From positions 1 to 64,000 of IMG/VR virus record IMGVR_UViG_3300037584_002838: 64,000 nucleotides of DNA; one strand, 5' to 3'. Source of the stretch: a virus. Below the pieces are notes generated by a model that searched no databases, had not been told where the DNA came from, and was given only the letters and a program-made list of their open reading frames with translations. A program made the translations under genes and the position numbers. This document shows positions 50,542 to 58,916 of this stretch, one piece after another. Each line of letters starts with the position of its first letter. Position 1 is the stretch's first letter.

Positions 50542-51975
50542 TCAACTCTTTGGTCTTGGCCCGCAATAGAATAGATTCTTCTTTGCTCTAGTAATCGCTA
50601 CATAGCAAATATTTCTTTCTTCTTTAGGATTTGTAGCCTTTGGATGCGGCATCCTCTCAGTGGCTAAGATATATACATTGTCAGCCTCAAGACCTTTAGC
50701 CTTGTGAACAGTAGACAACATAATCTCTCCTTTGTCATTGTTATCGAATACTCTCTTGATTTCATTTACAATTCCACCAACAGTAGTAGCCATAGTAGAG
50801 AAAATCTTCAGACATTCAAACTTATCTTCAAGGTTGTTTGCTTGATTGATTTTATCAGCCGCAACCAACTTATCGTAAGTAAATCTGAAGTCCTGTGTAA
50901 GTAAATCTCTAAACTCTTCAGCACCCATATTATCATTCTTGGTAATCTTTCTAACACCATTGATTAGTCCTTTAGTCATATCACGACCAAGAACATATGC
51001 TGATTTGCCTTGCAGAATCAAATCGTAAAACGCTGAAACTAGAGGCGCATTGTATCTACATAGAACCATGTCACCCTCTTGAGGATTAAACGGTGCATTT
51101 TCAACAACCATTCCAGCATCAGCAGTAGAAGGACAACTAAAGTTTTTGACATATCTATTTGCTTCAGAAACAACATTCTTAGGACATCTCCAAGTTAGAC
51201 TTAGAGAAAAACGCTTGATTTCTTTATCGCCTTTTTCTAATCTCTTAACAAATATGTCCATTGAATTAGAATCTGCGCCTCGGAATCCGTAAATCGCTTG
51301 ATTTGGGTCGCCCACAATAATACACCTGCCGTTTCCAACACATCTTGAAATCAACTCTCTTTGCATTTCATTGAAGTCTTGTGCTTCATCAACAAATAGA
51401 GTATCAAAGGTAGGTAATGGCATATTTAATACCAAAGGTAGCCAAATCATATCATCAAAATCAATCAATGAAGTATTCTGCTTGCATTGATTCAAGATTG
51501 CTGGAATACTATCAATTGCTATTAACTCTTCACGGTCTGAATTAAACTCGATATTGTATTCATCAATTAGTGAATAAATACCTTTTGTGTCCTTTTCATC
51601 AATCATGGAACCTTTAATTAAACTAATCAACTTAATTAGTGGTTGAGCATAAAAGTCACGACCAAGTATATCATCAATAATATTCTTAACTTTGAAGTTA
51701 TTGACTTTTGTTCTAATACCTGCGGCTCTTAATGCAGCAAAGCCCAATGCGTGAAATGTTTTTACTTCTACATCATCCGGTAGTCTTTCTGCTAATTCTA
51801 ACTGAATAGATTTGTTAAATGCTAAGAATGCTTTCTTTACACCACTATCTCTATTTGCGCCCTCTACAATTGTGAATGTTTTACCAACACCTGCGCCAGC
51901 ATTAACTATAATGTGACCTGTGCCGTTTTGGATTTCATCCCATATTGCGTCTTGTTCTTTTGTTCCTGTTACCAT
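50542..51975 (-). CDS. Superfamily 1 (UvrD/Rep-like) helicase
   Basis: AGAGVGKT, DEAQD, VGDPNQAIYGFRGA, STVHKAKGLE and YVAITRAK. Confidence 0.95.
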   Translation of the reverse strand: MVTGTKEQDAIWDEIQNGTGHIIVNAGAGVGKTFTIVEGANRDSGVKKAFLAFNKSIQLELAERLPDDVEVKTFHALGFAALRAAGIRTKVNNFKVKNIIDDILGRDFYAQPLIKLISLIKGSMIDEKDTKGIYSLIDEYNIEFNSDREELIAIDSIPAILNQCKQNTSLIDFDDMIWLPLVLNMPLPTFDTLFVDEAQDFNEMQRELISRCVGNGRCIIVGDPNQAIYGFRGADSNSMDIFVKRLEKGDKEIKRFSLSLTWRCPKNVVSEANRYVKNFSCPSTADAGMVVENAPFNPQEGDMVLCRYNAPLVSAFYDLILQGKSAYVLGRDMTKGLINGVRKITKNDNMGAEEFRDLLTQDFRFTYDKLVAADKINQANNLEDKFECLKIFSTMATTVGGIVNEIKRVFDNNDKGEIMLSTVHKAKGLEADNVYILATERMPHPKATNPKEERNICYVAITRAKKNLFYCGPRPKS

Positions 51976-52309
51976 TTTTATTCCTCATTTTTATTTTTAT
52001 TGCTTTTTGGAAAGGCCACTTTCTCAGTAGGCCGAATCGTGTAATTTTTTACACTTGAATAGGTGGGAGAAGGAGAACGATAAATTTGTTTAATTAAACG
52101 GTTATATCAATACCTCTTTTGTAGCCCTTGTTCTCAACTTCTCCCGTTGTTGATGAAAAGCATCACAATTATGTGTGAAACCCCAATAACACACGATTAC
52201 TTCTTCACCGGTACTATGGGGTGGGGGAGTATATAAGGGGGTGGAAGGTCGGGCGACCCCCTCTGATTGAGTAAGAAATGTCTAACAATAGGGCTACAAT
52301 CTACAATTA

Positions 52310-52347
52310 AAAAAAGCCCCTCACCGGTACGAATACCGATGGGGGGC
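52310..52347 (-). terminator. Terminator of gene 52389-52901
   Basis: Hairpin GCCCCC...GGGGGC next to an A-tract (U-tract on the minus strand). Confidence 0.6.
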
Positions 52348-52388
52348 AAAGTCCCGTTAGGGCGAAACAATACTGTCAAAAGACAATA

Positions 52389-52901
52389 TCATTCTTCAGT
52401 ATCAGAACCAAGAAGTGACTCTATTGAGCCATCCCAAGCACCGGTCTTGAACTGCTTTGAAAGAGCATTTCGCACCTTCTTAGATTGTGCCTTAGCATAA
52501 TCTTCAGCCGATTCAAAAGTTCCGCCGCCGGACTTAGCGTGTTTTAGCGTAACTGCGCTAATAACGCCATCGTAGTTGTAATACGCCATAGACGCTTCTT
52601 CTACAACATTACAAATCCTGTCAATTGCCACTCTAATAGCGGCAGGTACAGCACTTCTTTGTCCTCTTCGCCCAAGTGGAGAACCGTCACGACCTTTCAG
52701 TAATGCCTTTAGAGCATTAGCCGCCGCTTCTCTTTCATTTGGGTTATCCTGTCCGACTTGAAGATGCAATTCAACAACTTGTTTCAAAGCACCATCAAGG
52801 CTTTCATCTGCATTTAGGTAATCTGTGACCTCGATAACGAGGCTATCCCACTTTACTTCATCCATATTCTCATATCCTAGCCCCCGACTTAGGGGGCACA
52901 A
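52389..52901 (-). CDS. Paralog family A member (likely start MDEVKW)
   Basis: Shares MD..KW, ER, SP...G..S..P, KH.KSGG and W.G motifs with 56688-57212 and 58341-58859. Confidence 0.7.
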   Translation of the reverse strand: MCPLSRGLGYENMDEVKWDSLVIEVTDYLNADESLDGALKQVVELHLQVGQDNPNEREAAANALKALLKGRDGSPLGRRGQRSAVPAAIRVAIDRICNVVEEASMAYYNYDGVISAVTLKHAKSGGGTFESAEDYAKAQSKKVRNALSKQFKTGAWDGSIESLLGSDTEE

Positions 52902-52902
52902 A

Positions 52903-52928
52903 CTCTCTATGTTCTACCCATATATAAA
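52903..52928 (-). promoter_or_regulatory. TATA promoter with GAACATAGAGAG element
   Basis: Minus strand reads TTTATATA-N6-GAACATAGAGAG, the same 12-mer and spacing as 46399-46424. Confidence 0.65.
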
Positions 52929-52929
52929 G

Positions 52930-53530
52930 GGAGGGAAATGCTTTTTCTGACAATAGATTCCATTTTGAAAGTGCCTGAAATCGAGGGTTTATGTTTTTAA
53001 TACTAAATTAATTGCTTATTTTCAACGGTGGAAAGATTATTCCACCGGAATAAAAAACGGAAAAAAAATCCATCAAGAAACTAAAGGTTTGTGCAACATA
53101 GCCCTGAAGATTCTTAGGGTTTTGACATTATTCCATTATTCCACTGTAAATACCCCCCCCACTCTCTCTATAAATCTGACATAGCCCTAAAGAAACAAAG
53201 GGGAAGTGCAAGGGGGTGTGTGAGATAGTATTAGAATAGAATAGAATAATAGAATAATAGAATATTATTAAAACTAAGGGGTTGTGTTACACAACCCTCC
53301 AATTTCTCAAAATCTATTCCACTATGGGGTGGAAACTTCAGTGGAAACATCTTTTGGATTATATATTATATTGTATAACATATGTATATGGTATGACTAT
53401 AACTTATATTATACGGTCAATTGAAAGCCATACTTAGAAACATAGTTATTCTATGGTGGTTAAAAATTAGTACCAAACAATCGCTCGATAAGACTATTGT
53501 TCTTGGTTATTCCTGCTTTGTCAAACGGAA
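52930..53530. other. Repeat-rich non-coding region, candidate replication origin
   Basis: No track ORF. Contains tandem TAGAA(TAA), multiple TTCCA/TGGAA, palindromes GTGGAA-N6-TTCCAC and GGGTTGTG-TTA-CACAACCC, duplicated CATAGCCCT, and an AT-rich stretch. Confidence 0.4.
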
Positions 53531-53538
53531 TAACCTTG

Positions 53539-53579
53539 AAAAAAAGGAGGCAAATGGGGTTTTACCCCCATTTACCTCC
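53539..53579 (-). terminator. Terminator closing the first cassette
   Basis: Hairpin GGAGGCAAATGGGG...CCCCATTTACCTCC next to an A-tract. Confidence 0.7.
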
Positions 53580-53607
53580 GAAATACCCGTCGTATAACAT
53601 CACCTCC

Positions 53608-53787
53608 TTAGAATACTTCATATTCGTCGACTAATATCTCTCTGTATGTTTTGCTTCTTTCTTTGATTAGGTAGCACTTTTTACACCAATCCGTGTGTAC
53701 TAATGTTACTATGTTATCATATCCATCATAGAAATAAGTAATTTTAGGCGCATAACGCTTCCAATGATGTTGGCATTTTTTTGTCAT
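53608..53787 (-). CDS. Small Cys/His protein (59 aa, not in ORF track)
   Basis: Manual translation: MTKKCQHHW...WCKKC. ATGA overlap with the upstream gene. Confidence 0.5.
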   Translation of the reverse strand: MTKKCQHHWKRYAPKITYFYDGYDNIVTLVHTDWCKKCYLIKERSKTYREILVDEYEVF

Positions 53788-53970
53788 TCTTCTTCATCTC
53801 CAAATATGGCGGGTTTGACATCTGAAATTGGGTGACTCTCAATTTTGTAGCCGCCTAACACTAAATTAACCATTTGCATGTTTAGCATGAATTTCATGTC
53901 CTCTTTGTTATCAGCCCAAAAATGAGCGACCTTGCCTATTATAATAAAATCAGTTCTTCCTTTTGGCATA
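53784..53970 (-). CDS. Hypothetical protein (likely start MPKGRT; start approximate)
   Basis: GGAGG RBS before this ATG. Confidence 0.5.
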
Positions 53971-53971
53971 C

Positions 53972-54334
53972 TTATTCCTCCTTTTCTTCCTCTTCTTTGG
54001 GCCATAGTGGTTCCCCTGTAATGATGGACTTGAAATTAGGGTCGAAACCTTGACTGATGACCAATAACTGTGTTAATTTGTCATTTTCAAGCAATATCTC
54101 TTTGATGTATTCTTCTATCTCTTCAAATTGAGAAAAGTCCATCTCGTAGCCTATTCCGGTTTCGCCTATCCATTCAATATAATTGAATATATTATCAAAG
54201 TCCTCCATAGTTTTAGGAACATACTGCAATCCTCCTGAAGTTTCTCTCATATGTTCCTCATTGTCCCTACAATAGCAGTTTAGGGTTCTAGTGCATTTTG
54301 GGCATTCTGTTTTAATTCCGAAGTTAATACTCAT
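53972..54334 (-). CDS. Hypothetical Cys-containing protein (start revised to MSINFG)
   Basis: GGTGA RBS before ATG at 54334. The longer track ORF would run through a repeat site and a terminator. Confidence 0.6.
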   Translation of the reverse strand: MSINFGIKTECPKCTRTLNCYCRDNEEHMRETSGGLQYVPKTMEDFDNIFNYIEWIGETGIGYEMDFSQFEEIEEYIKEILLENDKLTQLLVISQGFDPNFKSIITGEPLWPKEEEEKEE

Positions 54335-54445
54335 TCTTTTCACCTTTTTTCTTATTAATAGTGGCCCGTTCAAATAATTCCGGTTATTTTCCGTGATTTC
54401 CCGATTATTTCCCGAACTGTTATTATCCAAAATACGGGTATATAC

Positions 54446-54490
54446 AGGGTAGTCAAAGTAACTACCATATGGTTTGGTAGTGTTCTTTGA
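54446..54490 (+). repeat. Palindromic cassette-boundary site 1
   Basis: AGGGTAG-TCAAAG-TAACTA-CCATATGG-TTTGGTAGTGTT-CTTTGA. Confidence 0.85.
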
Positions 54491-54518
54491 AGGAACGGTA
54501 CGAACCATAAAAAAATGA

Positions 54519-54559
54519 AGATTGATGGAGGGCCAATGTAAGTCACCCTCCATCAATCT
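54519..54559 (-). terminator. Hairpin terminator with conserved 13-nt loop (copy 1)
   Basis: 14-bp stem AGATTGATGGAGGG/CCCTCCATCAATCT with loop CCAATGTAAGTCA and a nearby A-tract. Confidence 0.75.
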
Positions 54560-54570
54560 CAAGCACCTAT

Positions 54571-54855
54571 TCAAACAGGTGCCTCATCCAAATATGCTCT
54601 GAGTTCTCTCAGTTGCTCATAGTGTGCATCCTTCCTGAGTATTCCTTGACATGCAAAGTACAGTAAGTGCATGTTGTTGTCTAAAGCATCTTGAAATTCT
54701 TCTTCAGTCATTTCCAACTCAATCCAATAAAACTCGTAATTTTGCATGAATGAGTTGATGATGTGCGCTCTGCGGTCTAGTTTTGCTTGGCGCATTAACT
54801 CCATAACATTCACTTCTTCTTCAGTAGGCTCAGATGGCATTTTTTTTCTGCTCAT
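54571..54855 (-). CDS. Cassette gene, hypothetical (probably leaderless)
   Basis: 94 aa. TATA (CTTATATC on the minus strand) lies about 23 nt upstream of the ATG. Confidence 0.65.
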   Translation of the reverse strand: MSRKKMPSEPTEEEVNVMELMRQAKLDRRAHIINSFMQNYEFYWIELEMTEEEFQDALDNNMHLLYFACQGILRKDAHYEQLRELRAYLDEAPV

Positions 54856-54880
54856 ACTAATATGGAATAATTCAGGATAT

Positions 54881-54943
54881 AAGGTAACATCAAAGTTAAT
54901 GTTACCATATGGTTGTAATCACTTTGAATAGCATTACAACCCT
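54881..54943 (+). repeat. Palindromic cassette-boundary site 2
   Basis: AAGGTAACA-TCAAAGT-TAATGTTA-CCATATGG-TTGTAATC-ACTTTGA...AACCCT. Confidence 0.85.
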
Positions 54944-54959
54944 CAAAAAAAATAATGAA

Positions 54960-55396
54960 AAAACGCCGCCTACTTTGAATCTCGGACTCACAACGCTCAA
55001 TTGCAGGGGCTTTAGCATACTTTGTTTTCACCTTGAACCGGTATTGGTGTTGCTGGTATGCTAATTCCTATGAGCGAATAACTGCCTTTTTCGTTTCGGC
55101 TTTGTTTCTTCATATGAGAATGTGAAGTGGTGAATTGGATTGAGTACCAATAACAATGATAGGATTCACTCCCACTGAGTTAGCAACGCTCACATTTCAT
55201 ATATGAGCCATTGTACCACGATTATCCATGTCATCAGTTAATGACATCCCTTTTGAGGTTGAAGGACTTTCTTAGAGGTTATTGCTCACCCATACGGGCA
55301 TTACACTAACATAAGCCGAAACTACTCGGAACCGTGTGCGTTATCCCCGTCACAAAAGGATATTCCGCCATCACCGTGTCGAGGTGCCCCCCGACA
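54960..55396 (-). ncRNA. Putative structured ncRNA occupying a cassette slot
   Basis: No track ORF (the first ATG after the promoter gives 8 codons). TATA at about 55418-55424 and a T-tract end. Nested stems include GTTTCGGCTT/AAGCCGAAAC, TTAGCATAC/GTATGCTAA, CGCTCA/TGAGCG, AATGTGA/TCACATT and ATGTCAT/ATGACAT. Confidence 0.55.
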
Positions 55397-55421
55397 TTAA
55401 TTTATGACGGTAATGGGATAT

Positions 55422-55470
55422 ATAGGGTATTCAAAGTTAATACCATATGGTTGTACTTTGAAAACCCTAT
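55422..55470 (+). repeat. Palindromic cassette-boundary site 3
   Basis: ATAGGGTATTCAAAG-TTAATA-CCATATGG-TTGTA-CTTTGAAAACCCTAT; arms match at 14 of 15 positions. Confidence 0.9.
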
Positions 55471-55484
55471 TATAACCCCTTATA

Positions 55485-55970
55485 ATGGGTATTAACATGG
55501 TAAAAGTAGAAGTAACAACTAATCCACATATACACGACGATAACACAGTACAAAAAACAACTACTTTCAGTTGCGAAACGAAAGAAGAGTTTGTTAAGAT
55601 GTGGGAAGATAGAAAATACAGTCCAAAGTCAAGGAATATTAATTGGTCTGCAAATATTGACACACTTCAAATAATGGCTAAAGAATGGATTGATTTCAAA
55701 GATGTCCTATTCCCTCCTGAAGTTGAAGAGTACATACCTACTGAAGTTGATAAGAGGGCGGCTAAGATTTTTCAAATCGAAACATGGATGGAAAACAACC
55801 CTCAATTTCACGAAACCGAGAATTGGCCTATTATTGAGTATTGTATTGAGAGGATGAATGTAGTCGGACACACCAATCCTGAATTGTTTGATAATATAAT
55901 GGCTCTATTCATTCTTAATTCAAGACATTACAACCCTGCATGTTTTTACAGGGGGGATGAAGAAGAATGA
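55485..55970 (+). CDS. Cassette gene, hypothetical
   Basis: 161 aa with TATA-like sequence just upstream. Confidence 0.65.
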   Translation: MGINMVKVEVTTNPHIHDDNTVQKTTTFSCETKEEFVKMWEDRKYSPKSRNINWSANIDTLQIMAKEWIDFKDVLFPPEVEEYIPTEVDKRAAKIFQIETWMENNPQFHETENWPIIEYCIERMNVVGHTNPELFDNIMALFILNSRHYNPACFYRGDEEE

Positions 55971-56098
55971 GTTGCTATGACTGTGGAAGTAATAAACTAG
56001 AGATTGAAGAGAGTTATACAGGCACTTGGTTCATTTGCTGTAAAGAATGCAAATGGGTCGAGATATACGATTTGTATAAAGCAGATAATGTTGAGTAA
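55967..56098 (+). CDS. Small zinc-ribbon protein (43 aa, not in ORF track)
   Basis: Manual translation: MSCYDCGS...ICCKECKW. ATGA overlap, followed by a terminator. Confidence 0.55.
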   Translation: MSCYDCGSNKLEIEESYTGTWFICCKECKWVEIYDLYKADNVE

Positions 56099-56099
56099 A

Positions 56100-56134
56100 G
56101 GGGATTGGGGCTTTCGCCCCATCCTCTTTTTTTT
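56100..56134 (+). terminator. Terminator of the + strand cassette
   Basis: TGGGGC-TTTC-GCCCCA hairpin followed by T8. Confidence 0.75.
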
Positions 56135-56139
56135 GGAAC

Positions 56140-56199
56140 AGGGTATTTCAAAGTACATACCATATGGTTTGAGATACTTTGAATAATTCTCAAACCCCT
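56140..56199 (+). repeat. Palindromic cassette-boundary site 4 (between convergent terminators)
   Basis: AGGGTAT-TTCAAAGTA-CATA-CCATATGG-TTTGAGA-TACTTTGAA...AACCCCT. Confidence 0.85.
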
Positions 56200-56212
56200 A
56201 AAAAAAATGAAA

Positions 56213-56249
56213 ACCGGATAGGGGCCAATGTAAGTCACCCCTATCCGGT
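56213..56249 (-). terminator. Hairpin terminator with conserved 13-nt loop (copy 2)
   Basis: 12-bp stem ACCGGATAGGGG/CCCCTATCCGGT with the same loop CCAATGTAAGTCA. Confidence 0.75.
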
Positions 56250-56261
56250 AATGAATCCAAC

Positions 56262-56522
56262 TCACTTGTCGGATTCAGTAATCAATGAGCGAATCTTCTT
56301 CGCTTCAGTCTTAAATGCCTTGATTGCTGGCATTACTTGACCTAATACTCTGAAGTTGCAAGTGCCGTCTAAATCGAGCCTATCGACTCTTAGACCGTAT
56401 CTGCTGTTCATTCTAGCCAAGAATCTGAGGATTCTTGGTGCTTCTTGTGCTGCTTGTCCACAAAACTCGGCATTTATGCTACCGTGCCCTGTTTCAATAT
56501 CTACATTTACATTTAATGACAT
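56262..56522 (-). CDS. Cassette gene, hypothetical
   Basis: 86 aa with GAGGTG RBS and its own promoter and terminator. Confidence 0.65.
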   Translation of the reverse strand: MSLNVNVDIETGHGSINAEFCGQAAQEAPRILRFLARMNSRYGLRVDRLDLDGTCNFRVLGQVMPAIKAFKTEAKKIRSLITESDK

Positions 56523-56566
56523 ATTTACACCTCTTGGTACTATTATGAGATATTAGTGCTTATATC

Positions 56567-56625
56567 GGGGCTTCAAAGTTAAGCCCATATGGTTGTAACT
56601 TTGTTCATGCGAAGCACTTGACCCT
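56567..56625 (+). repeat. Palindromic cassette-boundary site 5
   Basis: GGGGCTT-CAAAGTTA-AGC-CCATATGG-TTG-TAACTTTG...ACCCT. Confidence 0.85.
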
Positions 56626-56687
56626 ATATAGGCAATTGGACTCGATATTAGTACCTCAAGGGGATTGAGGATAATAACGGAGAATAG

Positions 56688-57212
56688 GTGATTACTATGA
56701 TTATGGACGAAGATAAGTGGACTGAAAGGTCACAAGAAATAAGAGCATGGCTTGAGCATAACGACGCTGGCGCAATGAACGCACTAATTGAGCAGACATT
56801 GAATGCTGGTGATGCGGCAAGTAGTGATGATGAGAGAAACCGTTTTTGGGAAGCAGTGAGAGCAATTTGCAAAACACTGCCAAACAGCCCAATCAAGAAA
56901 GGTCGTGGCTCAACATTAGAACCTGCAATCCAAGCCTGTGTGGATGGTGTAGTGAATCGCATTCAAAATGCCTTTGCAACCATTTCTGACTCAGAATTGA
57001 TACTCGAAGTAATGCTACCACACGGTAAGACCGGTGGCGCATACGCTGACATTAACGCATTCTCTAAGGATATGGCAATGAAGGCACAAAGAGTCCTAAA
57101 GGCGGCATTGAAAGATGGTCGTTGGAACGGACAAATGACTGAAGATAACTTGACCGGTTTAACTCCACCTGTCAAGGAATCTGACAGTGAATCTACGGAG
57201 GAAACTGTCTGA
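56688..57212 (+). CDS. Paralog family A member
   Basis: Shares RFWEAVRAICKTLPNSPIKKGRGS identically with 58341-58859. Confidence 0.8.
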   Translation: MITMIMDEDKWTERSQEIRAWLEHNDAGAMNALIEQTLNAGDAASSDDERNRFWEAVRAICKTLPNSPIKKGRGSTLEPAIQACVDGVVNRIQNAFATISDSELILEVMLPHGKTGGAYADINAFSKDMAMKAQRVLKAALKDGRWNGQMTEDNLTGLTPPVKESDSESTEETV

Positions 57213-57318
57213 TGTTATCCGCAATCCCCTTGTAGGCCCATTACATTCATTTCGGCGGGCAACTCATACCAATTAAAATTAGAATACCTGAATTGTGTCA
57301 ATGTGTAAGCCGGTAAAT

Positions 57319-57380
57319 CGCATGAGAATTAAGCAGAAGATGAAACCTCGCTTAATTCTCATGCGGTGGCCCTTTTTTTT
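57319..57380 (+). terminator. Long-stem terminator
   Basis: CGCATGAGAATTAAGC...GCTTAATTCTCATGCG followed by T8. Confidence 0.75.
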
Positions 57381-57384
57381 ATTC

Positions 57385-57455
57385 AGGGTTGTGACAAATG
57401 CTACGCATTATCCAAAGTGTGTCACAACCATATGGTTTGCTTTGCGACAAAACCC
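57385..57455 (+). repeat. Palindromic cassette-boundary site 6 (between convergent terminators)
   Basis: AGGGTT...CAAAGT-GTGTCACAA-CCATATGG-TTTG-CTTTG...AACCC. Confidence 0.8.
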
Positions 57456-57522
57456 GATAGTCATTAAAAAAAAGAAAAAGGGGGAAAACGCCATTTTTCT
57501 AGCGTTTCCCCCCGATTTCTAC

Positions 57523-58119
57523 TCATTCACGGTCAAACTCGTACATATCAGTCATTTTCCGTGGCTGGATAGGGTGAAATTCACCAATATACTTGATACC
57601 TTCACTTGTACCGTCCCAAATACCGTTCTTCAGAGAATGAACCAATTTCTTCTCTAATTTGTCACAATACCTGTTTAACCATCTATCGAACAATATCGCC
57701 TCGTCCCAATCTTGTGTATCAAAGTCGTTTATTTTTCTACGGTTTATGATAAACGGATTAAAGCCTAAACTGTGTAAATTGATATTTGCCCATGACTCCA
57801 TTGATTCTCTGAATTGATGAATCATACCATCAATAGTGGCTTTAACATCTGATGGAATAATGGTTCTTCTTCTAGTTACCAAATAATCGTATGGTGTTGC
57901 TTTCATTAGGCTTTTTAGAGCAAGCCAATTACATTGGACTTCATAATCCACTCTTCTCGGCCATTCAACCATACTATTCAATGAATGTTGAAGCATTGTC
58001 ATTAAGGTCAGAACTAATTCTACCCTCCATGCTTGTATTTCATCGAATAGTCCTGTTTTGTGAGCATGGGCTAATGCGTCTATCTTTTTCATCAGTGCTT
58101 GCGGCGTTATATTCTTCAT
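57523..58119 (-). CDS. Cassette gene, distant paralog family A-like C-terminal half
   Basis: IPSDVKATIDG and SLKNGIWDGT resemble family A motifs. Terminator hairpin at about 57480-57512. Confidence 0.65.
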   Translation of the reverse strand: MKNITPQALMKKIDALAHAHKTGLFDEIQAWRVELVLTLMTMLQHSLNSMVEWPRRVDYEVQCNWLALKSLMKATPYDYLVTRRRTIIPSDVKATIDGMIHQFRESMESWANINLHSLGFNPFIINRRKINDFDTQDWDEAILFDRWLNRYCDKLEKKLVHSLKNGIWDGTSEGIKYIGEFHPIQPRKMTDMYEFDRE

Positions 58120-58156
58120 AATACTCCCTTAGTAATATGGAAAAAATCGTCTTATT

Positions 58157-58229
58157 AGGGTAGTTCAAAGTACACTACCATATGGTAATAAAATATTTAT
58201 GAAATAAATACGCTTTGGTTTTTACTACC
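58157..58229 (+). repeat. Palindromic cassette-boundary site 7
   Basis: AGGGTAGT-TCAAAGT-ACACTA-CCATATGG-TA...CTTTG...ACTACC (longer right spacer). Confidence 0.8.
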
Positions 58230-58245
58230 ATAAAAAATAAGACTA

Positions 58246-58309
58246 CAAAGCGGCACAAACTAAAATCAGAATTGTAATTGGTATTTTTATTTTAGTTTGT
58301 ACCGCTTTG
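58246..58309 (-). terminator. Long-stem terminator
   Basis: CAAAGCGG-C-ACAAACTAAAAT...ATTTTAGTTTGT-A-CCGCTTTG hairpin near an A-tract. Confidence 0.65.
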
Positions 58310-58340
58310 GGTGAATATAAGGCTACGGGGGAAATCCGCA

Positions 58341-58859
58341 TCATTCTTCTTCTTCAGCCTCCATGCCGAAGTTTTGTGTAGTTAAACCGGTACGAGTACC
58401 GTCCCACACATTATCTTTCAAACGCCTCTTGAGCGAGTTCACAATAGTAGAAGCCATGTATGCTGAATACTCATCAGCATCACTGAATAGGCCTCCGCCG
58501 GATTTACCGTGCTTAGTTAGTAACATCGAAATGTTACCAGAAGCAAAAAAATCAGATGCGGCTTGTGAAACTTCATCTGATATTGAGTCTAGTACGGCTT
58601 GAATCTCAGGTGGAAGTTGGGAACCTCTACCTTTCTTAATTGGTGAATTAGGCAAGGTCTTACAAATAGCCCTTACTGCTTCCCAAAATCTATCTCTTTC
58701 TTCATCACTTGAAGCAACTTTACCCGCTTCAAGAGTTTGAATAATCAAGTCATTCATAGCACCTGCATCATTTTCCTTTAACCATGATTCAATCATAGTT
58801 ACCTTTTCTGTCCATTTTGTCATATCCATAGTAATCAACTCCTTTGAATAATGCTTCAT
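58341..58859 (-). CDS. Paralog family A member (likely start MDMTKW)
   Basis: Close paralog of 56688-57212 on the opposite strand. Confidence 0.8.
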   Translation of the reverse strand: MKHYSKELITMDMTKWTEKVTMIESWLKENDAGAMNDLIIQTLEAGKVASSDEERDRFWEAVRAICKTLPNSPIKKGRGSQLPPEIQAVLDSISDEVSQAASDFFASGNISMLLTKHGKSGGGLFSDADEYSAYMASTIVNSLKRRLKDNVWDGTRTGLTTQNFGMEAEEEE

Positions 58860-58916
58860 TCCCCCGAAGCACTCATATGCTCTCTGTTAGGGTATAAGGT
58901 AGGACATTTCATTCGC

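Noticed and set aside
54335-54574. N-terminal 80 aa of track ORF 53972-54574, and similar track ORFs such as 56014-56265 and 57295-57657
   Set aside because: They run through terminators and boundary sites and have no RBS, so they are likely spurious.
55261-55322. RNase P RNA similarity (AAAGUCC and GGCUUAU words on the minus strand)
   Set aside because: The words occur in the wrong order and cannot form the P4 helix.
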